A DNA stretch of 64,000 nt from Octopus sinensis (Eukaryota), in contig NC_043016.1 of the NCBI RefSeq assembly GCF_006345805.1, forward strand, positions 8,556,001 to 8,620,000. Reading direction: 5' to 3'. Shown in pieces: positions 51,530 through 64,000 of this stretch. The notes under the pieces were generated by a model that saw only the letters and a program-made list of their open reading frames with translations, ran no database searches and was not told the origin of the DNA. Both the position numbers and the translations under genes were made by a program. Within the stretch, counting starts at the first letter, position 1; every line of letters begins with the position of its first letter.

Positions 51530-52559
51530 CGATATTATTAATGGTGGTGAATTAGCAAAAGAAAGTGCCTTGTGATATTTTCTCAGTTCAAATCCTGTCA
51601 AAGTGTCGACTTTACCTTTCATCTTTTCTGGGCCAGTAAAACAATTACCAGTCAAGTACGAGGTCAATACAATTGACAAGTCTCCTCCCCCAAAATTTCA
51701 GGCCTTGTGCCTAAAGTAGAAATTGCTACTAATACTACTACTATTGCCTCTAGCAGCCAGAAGACTAAAATATTGGAGGCAGGAGCAGCAATTTAATTTT
51801 CACCCTAATTACTTAATTACTTTTTACTTTGTTGCAGTTGTTTATTCTGTGGCCATGCTGGAGCACTGCCTTGAAGAATTCTATTTGAACAAATCGACCC
51901 CAGTACTTTTTCTTTTAAGCCTGATACTTATTTTGTCAATCTCTTTCGCTAAACCACTAAGTTATGTGGACATAAACACACCTATACCACTTGTCAAGCA
52001 GTAATGGGCGACAAACACAGATACACACACATGGATATATATATACATCATCATCATCATCCTCATTTAACATCCGCTTTCCATACTGTTATGGATTGGA
52101 CAGTTTGAATGGAGCTGTCCAGGCAGAAGACTGCACCGTGCTTCACTGTCTGTTTTGGCAGGGGTTTTTTACAGCAGGATGCCCTTCCTAACACCAACCA
52201 CTCAGCAGAGTGGACTGAGTACTTTTTACATGGCACCAACAAGGGTGAGGTCAGTTTTGGCATTATTTTCACAGCTGGATGCCCTTCTAAATACCAACCA
52301 CTTTACAGTATATACTGCATGTTTTTTTTTTATGTATATATACATATATACAATGGGTTTCTTTCAGTTTTCATTTTATCAAATCCACTCACAAGGCTTT
52401 GATCAACCTGAGGCTATAGTAGAAGGCATTTGCCCAAGGTGTCATGCAGTAGGACCAAACCTGGAACCATGTGGTTGGGAAGCAAACTTCTTATCACACA
52501 CCCATGCCTGAGCCTTAGAGCCACGCCTGGTAATTTATTTTATCGCTCTTAGAAGAATG

Positions 52560-52800
52560 GAAGATAATAATGACAACAATGGCAGTGATGAAGATGAAGA
52601 AGGTGAGAATGATGATGGTAATGGTGATGATGATGATGAGTGATGACAGTGATAGCAATGATGACGACAGTGATGATAGATGGTGGTGGCAGCGGTGATG
52701 GTGGTCGTTGAGATGATGATGATGATGATGGTGATGGTGGTAGTAATGATGGTGGCAGTGATGATGATGATTGTGGTGGTGATGAAGACGATGACATCTT
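52560..52800. repeat. Degenerate (GAT)/(GGT) array (similar one at 49295-49450)
   Basis: Direct reading. Confidence 0.9.
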
Positions 52801-53974
52801 ACAGTGGAGTAAGCCCACACATTTGAAAGTTAGAGATAAGCAAATTGAATTTACCCCCAACATATGACTGTTACTTATTTTACCAACTTTAGAGTGAGAG
52901 AGAGAGATAAAAGAGAAATTTAAACATGCCATCCTAATCATCATTAATCTAAAACTAATCATCATTATCACAATAACCCCTCCCCCCCACTGCAGGCACA
53001 ATGCTTGAAATTTGGAAGGGAGGGGCTAATAGATTACATCAACCCCAGTTTCCAACTAAGACTTATTTTTTATCAGTTCTAAAAGGATGAAAGGCAAAAC
53101 TGACTTTGGCAGAATTTGAACTCTGGACATAAATCTCAAAGAAATGCTGCTAAGCATTTTGTCCAATGTGCTAATGATTCGCTAATGGTTCTGGGTTCAG
53201 TCCCACTGCGTGGCACCTTGGGCAAGTGTCTTCTACTATAGCCCCGGGCCGACCAAAGCCTTGTGAGTGGATTTGGTAGACGGAAACTGAATGAAGCCCA
53301 TCGTATATATGTGTATATATATATATATATATGTCTGTGTGTTTGCGTGTCTGTTTGTCTCTCCAACATCGCTTGACAACCGATGCTGGTGTGTTTACGC
53401 CCCTGTAACTTAGCAGTACGGCAAAAGAGACCGATAGAATAAGTACTAGGCTTACAAAGAAAAAGTCCTAGGGTCGATTTGCTCGACTAAAGGCAGTGCT
53501 CCAGCATGGTTGCAGTCAAATGACTGAAACAAGGAAAGAGTAAAGAGATTCTACCAGCTCACCATTTTTGCAATAATGGTATTCTGAATAATGATTTATT
53601 TACTGTAAATGTCTACGTGTAACGTGTTGCTATGTATAATACACATCTCAATCTGAAGCCTACATAGTCTTAAAATGGATAGCATCATGTATATCTCAAT
53701 ATTCTATGCTACTACCACAAGAACAGGTAATCAATAATAATCCAATATATCCGTTTTTAATATTGCATATTACATATAGAACAGCAAGCTGACAGAATTG
53801 TTAGGCGTAGGAATGGTTGTGTGTTAAGTAGCTTGCTTACGAACCACATGGTCCCGGGTTCAGTCCTACTGCATGGCACCTTGGGCAAGTGTCTTCTACT
53901 ATAGCCTCGGGCCAACCAAAGCCTTGTGAGTGGATTTGGTAGACGGAAACTGAAAGAATCCTGTCGTATATATG

Positions 53975-54009
<35 letters not shown>

Positions 54010-56031
54010 GTTTGTGTATCTGTGTTTGTCCCCCCCAACATTGCTTGACAACTGATGCTGGTGTGTTTACGTCCCCGTAACTTAGCGGTTTGGCAAAAAG
54101 AGACCGATAGAATAAGTACTAGGCTTACAAAGAATAAGTTCTGGGGTTGATTTGCTCGACTAAAGGCGGTGCTCCACCATGGCCACAGTCAAATGACTGA
54201 AACAAGTAAAAGAGTAAAGAGAGAGTATTCAGGGTGAAATGCTTAGCAGCATTTCATCTGTCTTTGTGTTCTGAGTTCAAATTCTGCTGAATTCGACTTT
54301 TCCTTTCATCCTCTTGGCGTCAATAAAATGAGTACCAGTTGAACACTGGGGCGGTTGATGTAATTGACTTACTCCTCTCCTGAAATTGCTGGCCTTGTGC
54401 CAAAATTTGAAACCGATATTTCATATTGCTTAAAAAATATATCGATATTTAGTGAAAGTACATGACCTAGTGGTTAGGGTGTTGCACTCAAGATCGCAAG
54501 GTTGTGGTTTCAATTCCCAGATTGGTGGCATGTTGTGTTATTGGGCTAAACACTTTGTTACACGTTGCTCCAGCCCATTCAGTTGTAAACAGATTACCCT
54601 GTAACAGACGCACATCCCATTCAAGGAAAATGTTCGCTTGCATGCCTAGCCCATGGAATGACATTATTTGAAAACTACTACAATGCAAGAAAGCATACAG
54701 TGAACAGCAGTATATAACACTGTCCCTACAGTCTGACCAATACAGTCATATTAATATGTAATAATAAAATAATTTAAAACATAATAAATCTTTGTTTGTT
54801 TTCCAAAGTGGATGTGTGGGGGAGTAGCAGCCAAATACCATATATTATACACACCCCAAACTGTAATCTTGACTTTAGTGGGAGGAATAAATGACTATTG
54901 CATATGGAATTTTACAGTATTTAAGTACAAGGATACCAAAAGTGAGATATAGCAGCAAATGACAAAAAAAAAAAAAACTTAAAAAAAAAAAAGAAAAATT
55001 CACATAAAATTTTTTTTAAATAATATATAGAAAAAGAAAGATTTACAAAAGGATGCTGAAAATTTTTTGCCTTTAAGAATATTGCGAAGGTCTGGTTGGG
55101 CACCCAACCTTCTGAGTTCTTTGACAGGGCTTAGAAAAACTGAAGGACTGCTTGCAATAAGTGTGTAGATACGAGAGGGGAGATATGGTGAATAAAATCA
55201 TAGTTAACTGATCCTCCTGCATTTTCTTTAACCCAAGGCCAGGAACATCTCAGCAGCCCCTTGTATCTTTTTATTTTTTTATTTTTTTCAATAACTGTAC
55301 TGCAAGCCATGCTGGAGCACAACTCTTGAAGTGTTTTTAGTTGATCAAATCTTGAAGAAATGCTGCTAAGTCTGGTGCTTATTCTTTCATTCCTTTTGCC
55401 GAACTGCTAAGTTATGGAGAGACAAACAAACCAACACTGGTTGTCATGAGATGGCAAGGTACAACCGCACGCACACACACATACACACACACACACACAA
55501 ACAAACACAAAAAAATTCAACACTGGTTCCAGAACCATATTAACTCATAATGCATCGGTTGACCCGGGGCTATAGTAGAAGACACTTTCCCAAATCGCTA
55601 ATTTATCTTATTGGCCCCAGAAAAATGAAAGAAGACCATTGTAGAGATTTGAACCGAGACGATAAAGAACTGGGACAAATATTGCATAGCATTTCCTTCA
55701 TCTACACTGCCCATGATATCCAAAATTAAACCTAAACTTAATGTATGAACCAATATAATACAGATTGTCAAGCGATGGCAGCAGGGGCATGCACATAGAC
55801 ACACACGCACACATACACACAATGGGCTCCCATACATACAGTTTCCATCAACCAAATCTGCTCACAAAGTACTGGTTGCCCTGGGGCTATAGTAGAAGAC
55901 TCTTGACCAAGGTGCTACACAATGGGGCTGAACCTGAAACCACAGGGTTGTAAAGCAAGTTTCTTAACCACACAGCCAAACCTGCACCTATAATACATTA
56001 CAGGTATAACACTGATATTAATAATGAAAAA

Positions 56032-56244
56032 GGCGGCGAGCTGGCAGAAACGTTAGCACACCGGGCGAAATGCTTCGCGCTATTTCCGTCTGCCTCTACG
56101 TTCTGAGTTCAAATTCCACCAAGGTCGACTTTGCCTTTCATCCTTTCAGGGTCGATTAAATAAGTACCAGTTACGTACTGGGGTCGATATAATTGACTGG
56201 CACCCTCCCCCAAAATTTCGGGCCTTGAGCCTAGAATAGAAAAG
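56032..56244 (+). mobile_element. SINE family C, tail type 2, with 16-bp TSD
   Basis: Same head and body but tail CCCTCCCCCAAAATTTCGGGCCTTGAGCCTAGAATAGAAAAG; TSD GATATTAATAATGAAA at 56014-56029 and 56245-56260. Related copies at ~5920-6405, 6800-7110, 46700-46850, 51540-51722, 53000-53185, 54235-54415. Confidence 0.9.
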
Positions 56245-56390
56245 GATATTAATAATGAAAGCATTCTCCTAAATGTCAGTCTCCTTATTAAATTCGAGAG
56301 TGGAGGTCATCCATCCATCCATCAAAACTTCCGTGTCACTTACTTTTCATATCAAAATAGAAGAAAATAATTACATCCATTTTAGTTTTA

Positions 56391-56522
<132 letters not shown>

Positions 56523-56693
56523 CTAGGAGGGTAAGAAAAGAGCAGAAAAAAATAGACAACTTTATTAATATTTGAACACTGAATTCTTGGGGTTAAAAGA
56601 AAATGTTATAAAAGTAGATTAAATACATGTTTATGGAGCTTTACCAAATTTTGATATGAAGAAAAATTCTATTTTTTAATGGGTTATCTTTAA

Positions 56694-56913
56694 CCCTTTC
56701 GTTACTAAACCGGCTGAAACCGGCTCTGGCTCTGAGTATAAATGCCTTGTTTTCATAAATTTTGAATTAAAATCTTCCACCAAACCTTAGTCACAGTTTA
56801 TGTTCCTAACACTAGCTTAATGATAACTAAGTTATTTTACTAAATTATTTGTTATATTTAAAGTAATTGAAAGAAACACAGAGCATCCCAAAATAAATAC
56901 AGTAATGAAAGGG
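56694..56913. mobile_element. Second TTAA-flanked MITE family
   Basis: TTAA-CCCTTTCGTTAC...GTAATGAAAGGG-TTAA, about 170 bp from the STIM exon acceptor at 56523. Confidence 0.85.
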
Positions 56914-57015
56914 TTAATGCTCAACCATCCAAGAAAATAAAGAATGACTCTACACAATAAACAGTAGGACTAAATGGCAACCGAGAGTCAGAACACTTGT
57001 TGACACAAACATATA

Positions 57016-57050
<35 letters not shown>

Positions 57051-57194
57051 GTTTTGGATTCATTTCTTTACAACTGTGTCAATATAGATACACACGTAGC
57101 CAAATATACATACAAATGGATACAGATAAACATTATACAAACATACATACATACATGCACATGCACACACACACATACACACACACTGAACAAG

Positions 57195-57650
57195 CTTGCA
57201 ATCACTATATTTTTTTCTCCTGTACGAATGCATTTGTATTTAGTTAATTCACCATTTTGGAGACTGATTTACTACAGATATCACCATGATAGCATTCTCT
57301 TCCTGTATGAAATACATTCATTATTAGCGAAGATACTACAGAGAGTGATTTACCAGAGATAATCATCATGATAAGGTTTCTCCCTGTATGAATGTTTGTG
57401 AGTAGTTGAGCTACCTAACACAGAGAATGGTTTACGGAATATCACAGCGACATGGCTTCTCCCTCTCTTTCTCACATGAGAAAACGTTTGAGCAATTAAG
57501 GTATTTCCATGAGAATGGCTTATCACAGATATCACCGTGATATGGTTTCTCTCCTCTATGAATACATTGGTTGAGTGGTGGAGGTTATCATTTTTTTTGA
57601 GAGAAAGAATTTTTACAGACATCACATTTGAATAATGTTTTTCCTATCTC
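57195..57650 (-). pseudogene. Degenerate tandem C2H2 zinc-finger gene fragment
   Basis: Roughly 84-bp-spaced linkers: FKCDVCKNSFS, IHRGEKPYHGDICDKPFS, EKPCRCDI..KPFS, REKPYHDD, CIRTGEK. Many stops and frameshifts. Confidence 0.85.
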
Positions 57651-59162
57651 TTACAGCATCTCAACAGAAAACAAATCAACCCTTTTAAACACTTAGTCTG
57701 TGTTTTAAATTTAATCTTGCTCTTACATAATTCACTTTCCAAAATTTTCTTCCTTCCCACAATGCATAGATATTTTCCTTCTTTATACATTTTTAAAAAA
57801 TATTTTTTTAATTCCTAATAAATATATTTCTACTGCTACATTTTCATAGACTGTCGTAACTGCCAATATTTGAAGATGATGCAAACTCCACTGTAAATTT
57901 GTCTTGGAATGCCAAATCATCTTCTACATGTTTCTGACAATGCAAATATTAATTACAAAGTAGAGAAATTCTTGCTGTTAATATCAATGCAAAGGAAATA
58001 TTTCAATAATTCTTCCAGAGATTTATATAGACAAGAAGATTTAGTTGTTTTGCGATAACATCTTTTTCTCTATAAAAGATGACAAACATTGATGAAGCAT
58101 CTGAGGTAAAAGAAAAACAAAAAAAAAAGATACTTTTACCCAAATGTCATCTAATAACCATTTCTCTAAGAATGTTTTTACAATGTTTACAATTTAAACA
58201 ATAACAAGGCAAATGAATGTAAGAGAATAAATGTATTTATTTATTTATTTTTTTTTGTATAAATACATAAATAAATGAAATACATGGCGTAGGAGTGGCT
58301 GTGTGGTAAGTAGCTTGCTAACCAACCACATGGTTCCGGGTTCAGTCCTACTGCGTGGCACCTTGGGCAAGTATCTTCTACTATAGCCTCGGGCCTACCA
58401 GTTTCAGATTTGGTAGACGGAAACTGAAAGAAGCCTGTTGTATATATGTATACATATATATATGCATGTGTGTGTGTGTGTGTATGTGTCTGTATTTGTT
58501 CCCCCAACATCGCTTGACAACCGATGCTGGTGTGTTTACATCCCCCGTAACTTAGCAGTTCGGCAAAAGAGACCGATAGAATAAGTACTAGACTTACAAA
58601 GAATAAGTCCTGGGGTCGATCTTCTCGACTAAATGCGGTGCTCCAGCATGGCCACAGTCAAATTACTGAAACAAGTAAAAGAGTAAAAGAGATATGCACC
58701 TATATTACACACACACCTTTGGATTATACATCTAAACAAATGTGTGTATATGTGTGTATATAACTTTTATCTTTTACTTGTTTCAGTCATGAGACAGTGA
58801 CCATGCTGGAGCACCATCTTGAAGTTTGGTACTTATTCTATCGGTATCGTTTACCAAAACACTAAGTTACGGGGACATAAACACACCAACACCAGCTGTC
58901 AAGTGATGGTTGGGGACAAACACAGACACAAAGACAGACAGACAGATAGATACGATGGATTTCTTTTAGTTTCCATCTACTCACAGGACCTTGTTCAGCC
59001 TAGGGCTATAGTTAGTACAAGACACTTGCCCAAGGTGCCATGTGGTTTGGAAACAAACTTCTTACCACACAGCCATGGATGGATGGATGGATTGATTGGT
59101 ATGTGGGTGTGTAGGTATTGAGTAGGTAGGTAGATATGCATGTATGTATGTATGTATGTATG

Positions 59163-59585
59163 TTACACTTCCAGATGGGAAGGGTCTTCCTTTGATGCTG
59201 ACGTGCAATGTCTGTGCAAGACCCTGCCACAGTAAAGCTGGACTCAAGAGTCATCTTCATAGCCATAAAGCAAGACAGATGAGTGACAACCTGGCCACTG
59301 GTGGTGGTGTTACACACCACACTAATCATATCTGTCAGGCATGTGGAAGAGAGTGTAATTTGGCAGGAGGACTTAAACGACATGCAAAGGTGCATGAAGC
59401 CCAGTTACAACTACAGCCGGCTATTACCCGTAAAGGTTTTAGTTGCCAATTCTCTACAAGACATTGTAGATTTTTAGTTGGACTAAAAAGTCACATTCGA
59501 TCACAGCACCAATAATAGTTAAGCTTCGTGCAATGGCCATACTCGATAACGAGGGGGCAGCCATCATGTATGTATGTATGTATGC
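59163..59585 (+). mobile_element. Truncated LINE 3' end (RTE-like) encoding three C2H2 fingers, (ATGT)n on both sides
   Basis: ORF to TAA 59513-59515: CNVC..HLHSH, CQAC..HAKVH, CQFS..HIRSQH; short UTR ending CTCGATAACGAGGGGGCAGCCATC(ATGT)n. Confidence 0.7.
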
Positions 59586-59634
59586 ATATATACATGAAAA
59601 TGTTTTCCCAAATAAAATTACACTTCATGTCTGA

Positions 59635-59676
59635 AGCTCTGATGAAGCTATTTCATAGCAGAAACATCTGTAAGCT
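59635..59676 (+). ncRNA. Minimal type-I hammerhead ribozyme-like motif (second family)
   Basis: AGCT CTGATGA A GCTA-tttca-TAGC A GAAA CATCTG TA AGCT. Stems I and II pair; near-palindromic stem III; GUA triplet. Confidence 0.68.
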
Positions 59677-59789
59677 AATGAAGTTCATGACATAATTTCT
59701 TATTCCCTAGTCATGCATTCAATTTCTCATCACTGTTCCATACTCAACGAAGACTTTGTTCCAAAGCATATGAGCTCTAACATCAGATT

Positions 59790-60790
59790 ATTAGCATCAC
59801 TATGCTTATGTGAAATCTGCTGGCAGCTAAGGGCCTCTTGCTCAAGATGAAAGGTAGACGCATGTGTGCAAACTGCCATGCTACATGGCAGCAAAACATG
59901 GGCCATGACATGTGTAGGCTTGAAAGAAATGAAGCTAGTATGATCCACTGGATGTGTAATGTCAGTGTGCATACACGACATTGTGTGCATGCCCTGAGAG
60001 AAAAGCTGGACATAAGAAGCATCAAATGTGGTATGCTAGAGAGATAACTACACTGGTAGGGTCATGTGTTATGTATGGATGAGGACAGCTGTGTGAAGGA
60101 AGTGCCATACCCTAATTGTGGAAGGAAGCTGTGGAAGAGGTGGACTGAGGAAGACATGGGATGAGGTGGTGAAGCATGACCTTTGAACGCTGGGCTTCAC
60201 AGAAGCAATGACAGGAGATTGAGACCTTGGGAGATATACTGTGATTGAGAAGACCCAGCAACTAAAGTGAGATCACAGTCATGGCCAATGCCAATGCTGC
60301 ATGTCCAGCCCATTTAGGAGTACACCTGATGCGTCAGTCGATACAATATGCTTGAGAAGACCTGTTGAGTCAAGTAAAACCAAAATCATAGCTGAGGCCA
60401 GTGCGCCCTAACTGGTTCCCATTCCGGTGGCACATAAAATGCATCATCCAAACGTGGTCAATGCCAGGTCTGCCTGAATGGCTGGCTCCCATGCCAGTGG
60501 CACGTAAAAAGCACCATCCAAATGTGGTTCATGCCAGGGCCGCCTGACTGGCTCCCATGCCAGTGACATGTAAAAAGCACCATCTGAACGTGGCTGATAC
60601 CAGTGCCCTCTGACCGGCTCCCATGATCGATGCTAGGGTCACCTCACTGGCTCCTGTGCCGGTGGCACATACAAAACACCTACTACACTCTCGGAGTGAT
60701 TGGTGTTAGGAAGGGATTCCAGCAGTAGAAACATTGCCAGATCAGATTGGAGCCTGGTGCAACCGCTGGCTCTCCAGATGATGATGATAC
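59790..60790 (+). mobile_element. RTE LINE 3' portion (older, longer copy)
   Basis: HDMCRLERNEASMIHWMCNVSV..LREKLDIRSIKCG..GRGGLRKTWDEVVKHDL remnants, followed by the same UTR repeats. Confidence 0.82.
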
Positions 60791-63700
60791 AGGCAATCAC
60801 AGTCTGTTTCCTCTCTGAGATAAGTTGGGGACCACATTTCCCTTATATGTTCCTACTTTCGGCATGGTTTCTCCCTCCAGATGCTATATTCCTATTTCTG
60901 CCTTACAGAATGGATTGGGTGAATTTGTGCATTTTAATTGTGAAATTAGTAGAAAATTAGAGCTTGCCTTGTACCTGACAAGATTTGAGTATCAACTCTA
61001 ATCTGCATTGTGTGTCTATTTGTTTACCAACTGTACTGAGAGCATTTCACCATGACACCGGGAATAGAGAGGTTCTCATGCCTCCAGTAAGAGTTAAAGA
61101 ATCTTATTCCTTTTGAAATTTCCTTTGTTTATTTACCAGCACCAAAAGGCTGCTTTGTCCCTGACATATTGAAGAGACAGTGACAGAAGAGAATCAGAGT
61201 GAGAAGGAAATAGAGAAAAGTGTATTGAAAGAGAACCAGTGTGATAAGTATGGAAGAGAGAGAGAGAGAGAGAGAGAGAAATGGTATATGAGAGAGAAAG
61301 AGAAGGAGGGAGGGAGAGAGAGAGAGGGAATTAAAGGGTGATTGCTCATCAAGAGATTCAACAAAAAACAGCTGGAGCAAGATGGCAGGGAAAGCAAGAG
61401 GAATAAAAAGACAGGAATACTGGAAACGAGAGAGTAAATGGGAGAGAGAGAGAGAGAGAGAGAGAAAGTGAAATGAGAAAGGTTAATGAATGTCAATAAT
61501 GAGTATTGGGGGAGGGAGGGAGGAGTAATGTGAGGAGAAGATGATGGCAGTGAAGATGGATGATAGCGAGAGGATGAAGGTGATGAAATGTGGCAGAGGG
61601 AAAAATTGATGGCTTTCAATACAAAAAAATAGGAAACAATAAGAAGAAAGATTCAGTAGGAACAGAGCTAATAGGATGCTACCCTTTGTTATGCAGGCTG
61701 ACGAGAAAGAGAAAGAGTGATGAAAAGCAGGGAAGCATGTTGACGGAAGAGGAGTGAGAGATGAGAGGACAAAGTGCAGGGAGAGCTGTATATGGAATAT
61801 AACATTAAAACGGTGGATGGACACACCGGTTGTAAACAACAGATCTGGGTTCCACAATTTCTTGCTAAACAATCTGCACGGTTGATTTGTTGAAGGTGGC
61901 ACGCAAAAAGCACCCACTACACTCACGGAGTGGTTGGCGTTAGGAAGGGCATCCAGCTGTAGAAACTCTGCCAGATCAGACTGGAGCCTGGTGCAGCCTC
62001 CTGGCTTCCCAGATCCCGGTCAAACCGTCCAACCCATGCTAGCATGAAAAACGGACGTTAAACGACGATGATGATGATGATGATGATGATTAGCTCAACC
62101 CCCCTCCATCAGATCAATGTCACTTAAACAGGTGCATGGGGTACAACATATCAGATGTGAATGTGATCACAGAGTAACCTGTCCAAGAACACAATGCAAC
62201 ACCTGGTCCAGGAGTCAAAATTAAACAATTTTGTGATCAATGAGTGCAACACCCTTAGTCACTAGGCCGCAAATGTAGACACATTACAATCTCCATCACC
62301 ACTGCCTTCATTATTTTTACACTTACAGACAAGTTAGGGGTTAGGGTATATAGAAGGAAAGTTGTAGCATTGTATGACTTATTAGACATAAACCAGGAAT
62401 GTATATGTGTGTACAGCATGGCAACTGACCAGGTTCACAGGGTTGCACCACAGAAAAGGTATAAGAACACTTTGAAGAAATCATGGTACTTATAATACTG
62501 ACCATTGCCAGCAGTCTTTTTTCACGTTTGCATAGATTCAGATGCATCCTTTGTCATTTTCATAAAGAACAATCTCTCATGATCAGTCTTCACCACTTCA
62601 TTTTGTCTTCTTCCTTAGATGACTCCTTTTTCTACAAGTTCCAACCATTTTGAATGGTGAGCACTTTCATAATTCAACTGCCATCTTCCAAAAACATTAC
62701 ATACCTCAGGTCAGCATAAGTTTTCTCTTTTGCATGCTACATCCCATTTGTCTTATATACAGTTTCTCTTTCATTTTATTCATGTTCCACTGTTTGTGCA
62801 CACTTTACATATTCAGCAAAGCATACTTGTCTCATTTCTTACCAGTCTTTGCAAAATATATCCTCTGCATTCAACAATAAATGGCACCAGTACAGCGGTG
62901 CCGTTTATTATAAAGTGGTTGACAAATAAATGGAAACAATGTGGGCAGAGAGAACCTTTCAGTCTTGCTAAGGACATGATAACCTCTTTAGTGCTGGCGC
63001 CCACAATAAAATGCGCACCGAACATGTTGTAAAGCAGTTGGTGTTAGAGAGGTCATCCAGCCGTAGAAACCAAGCCAAAAGTCTGGGAGAAAATAACACC
63101 AAATAAGAAGTGATTCAGACCTGAAACAACCCATCCATCCTAGCAAGGAAAGTAACAGATGATGATGACACCGCCGACGACACCAACAACGAGGTGGCGG
63201 GGGGGAAGGGGATTAAGAGGAGGAGGAGGAGGAGGAGGACCTAAACTGTGAAATCATCAGCTTTGAATGAATGAATAAACTCTTCAACACACATCAAGTA
63301 GTACTCCTCTCATTCATATATCCAAAATTAGAATTTTATGGCAGACAAGTCGTTATCTATAGAAGAAAAAGTTGTAGCATTGCATGAATTATTAGATATA
63401 ACGAGAAATTGCATTGCAGCTGACCATTTTGACCATTTTGACAAAAGTGGCATCATGGAAAAGGTATAAGAACACCCTGAAGAAATCACGGTGCCTATCA
63501 TACTGACTACTGTCAGTAGTCTACTGTAACCTCTAACCATGAGGCCTGGCTCCATGTACAGGGGTGACTTTGAGAGTAAAAAGAAGCTAAGGAAGAACCG
63601 TGATACAGCATATCAAAATCAGAACAACATTTCTCTTGCAGCAGCTGTAGATGTATTTGTCTGTGTTGTATGGTCAAGTCAGTCATAGTCAAGCCAAATC

Positions 63701-64000
63701 ACGATGGTTCCTAAGCATCGTCAATAGAATGGCAGTGTCTTGGCAGTATATTTCTTTTCCAAAAATATAAACATGGTCTTATATAAAAATTCTACCAAAA
63801 ATTATTTACCAACAGCGATCCATTCAGCTGGTAGTTCAACAGTACGGAATAAATTTCAATGACATTATGAAATAAAAAAAATCAAACCAATCTATATACA
63901 ATTTTTCTTCATTTCTTTTTTCTCCGTCTAAACATTCTATCTTTCTTAAACAAAAGCTTTGGCATTTTCCTAATAAACTAATGCCAATAATCAATTCACC

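Noticed and set aside
61180-61780. Purine-rich (GA/GGA) tract as a coding or regulatory element
   Set aside because: Low-complexity sequence only; triplex potential is generic and unsupported.
62350-63530. Diverged ~170-bp direct repeats as an LTR pair
   Set aside because: No TG..CA ends, PBS or TSD; the left copy adjoins an RTE C-terminal remnant, so both are better explained as old RTE 3' UTRs.

Overview
AT-rich, microsatellite- and repeat-dense eukaryotic genomic DNA. The SINE/MITE/RTE repeat set and the C2H2 linker style suggest an octopod cephalopod (inference). The only intact protein-coding sequence is three internal exons of a STIM gene (ER Ca2+ sensor) on the minus strand: 56522-56408, 32480-32369 and 5136-5027. 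They are separated by GT-AG introns of about 23.9 and 27.2 kb and encode the hidden EF-hand and SAM domain; the flanking exons lie outside the window. The introns hold decayed Tx1/L1, R4/Dong, HERO/NeSL-like, CRE-like, CR1/Jockey-like, RTE and Gypsy fragments, three tRNA-derived SINE families, TTAA- and TA-type MITEs, Helitron ends and a dead C2H2 zinc-finger gene. The most unusual signals are (1) eight minimal type-I hammerhead-ribozyme-like motifs of several families, four paired head-to-head in non-coding foldback elements so that each ribozyme is preceded by its own antisense, and (2) a ~1.5 kb 27-bp minisatellite with a 409-codon MDLMKADHK frame whose variants are mostly silent in that frame.
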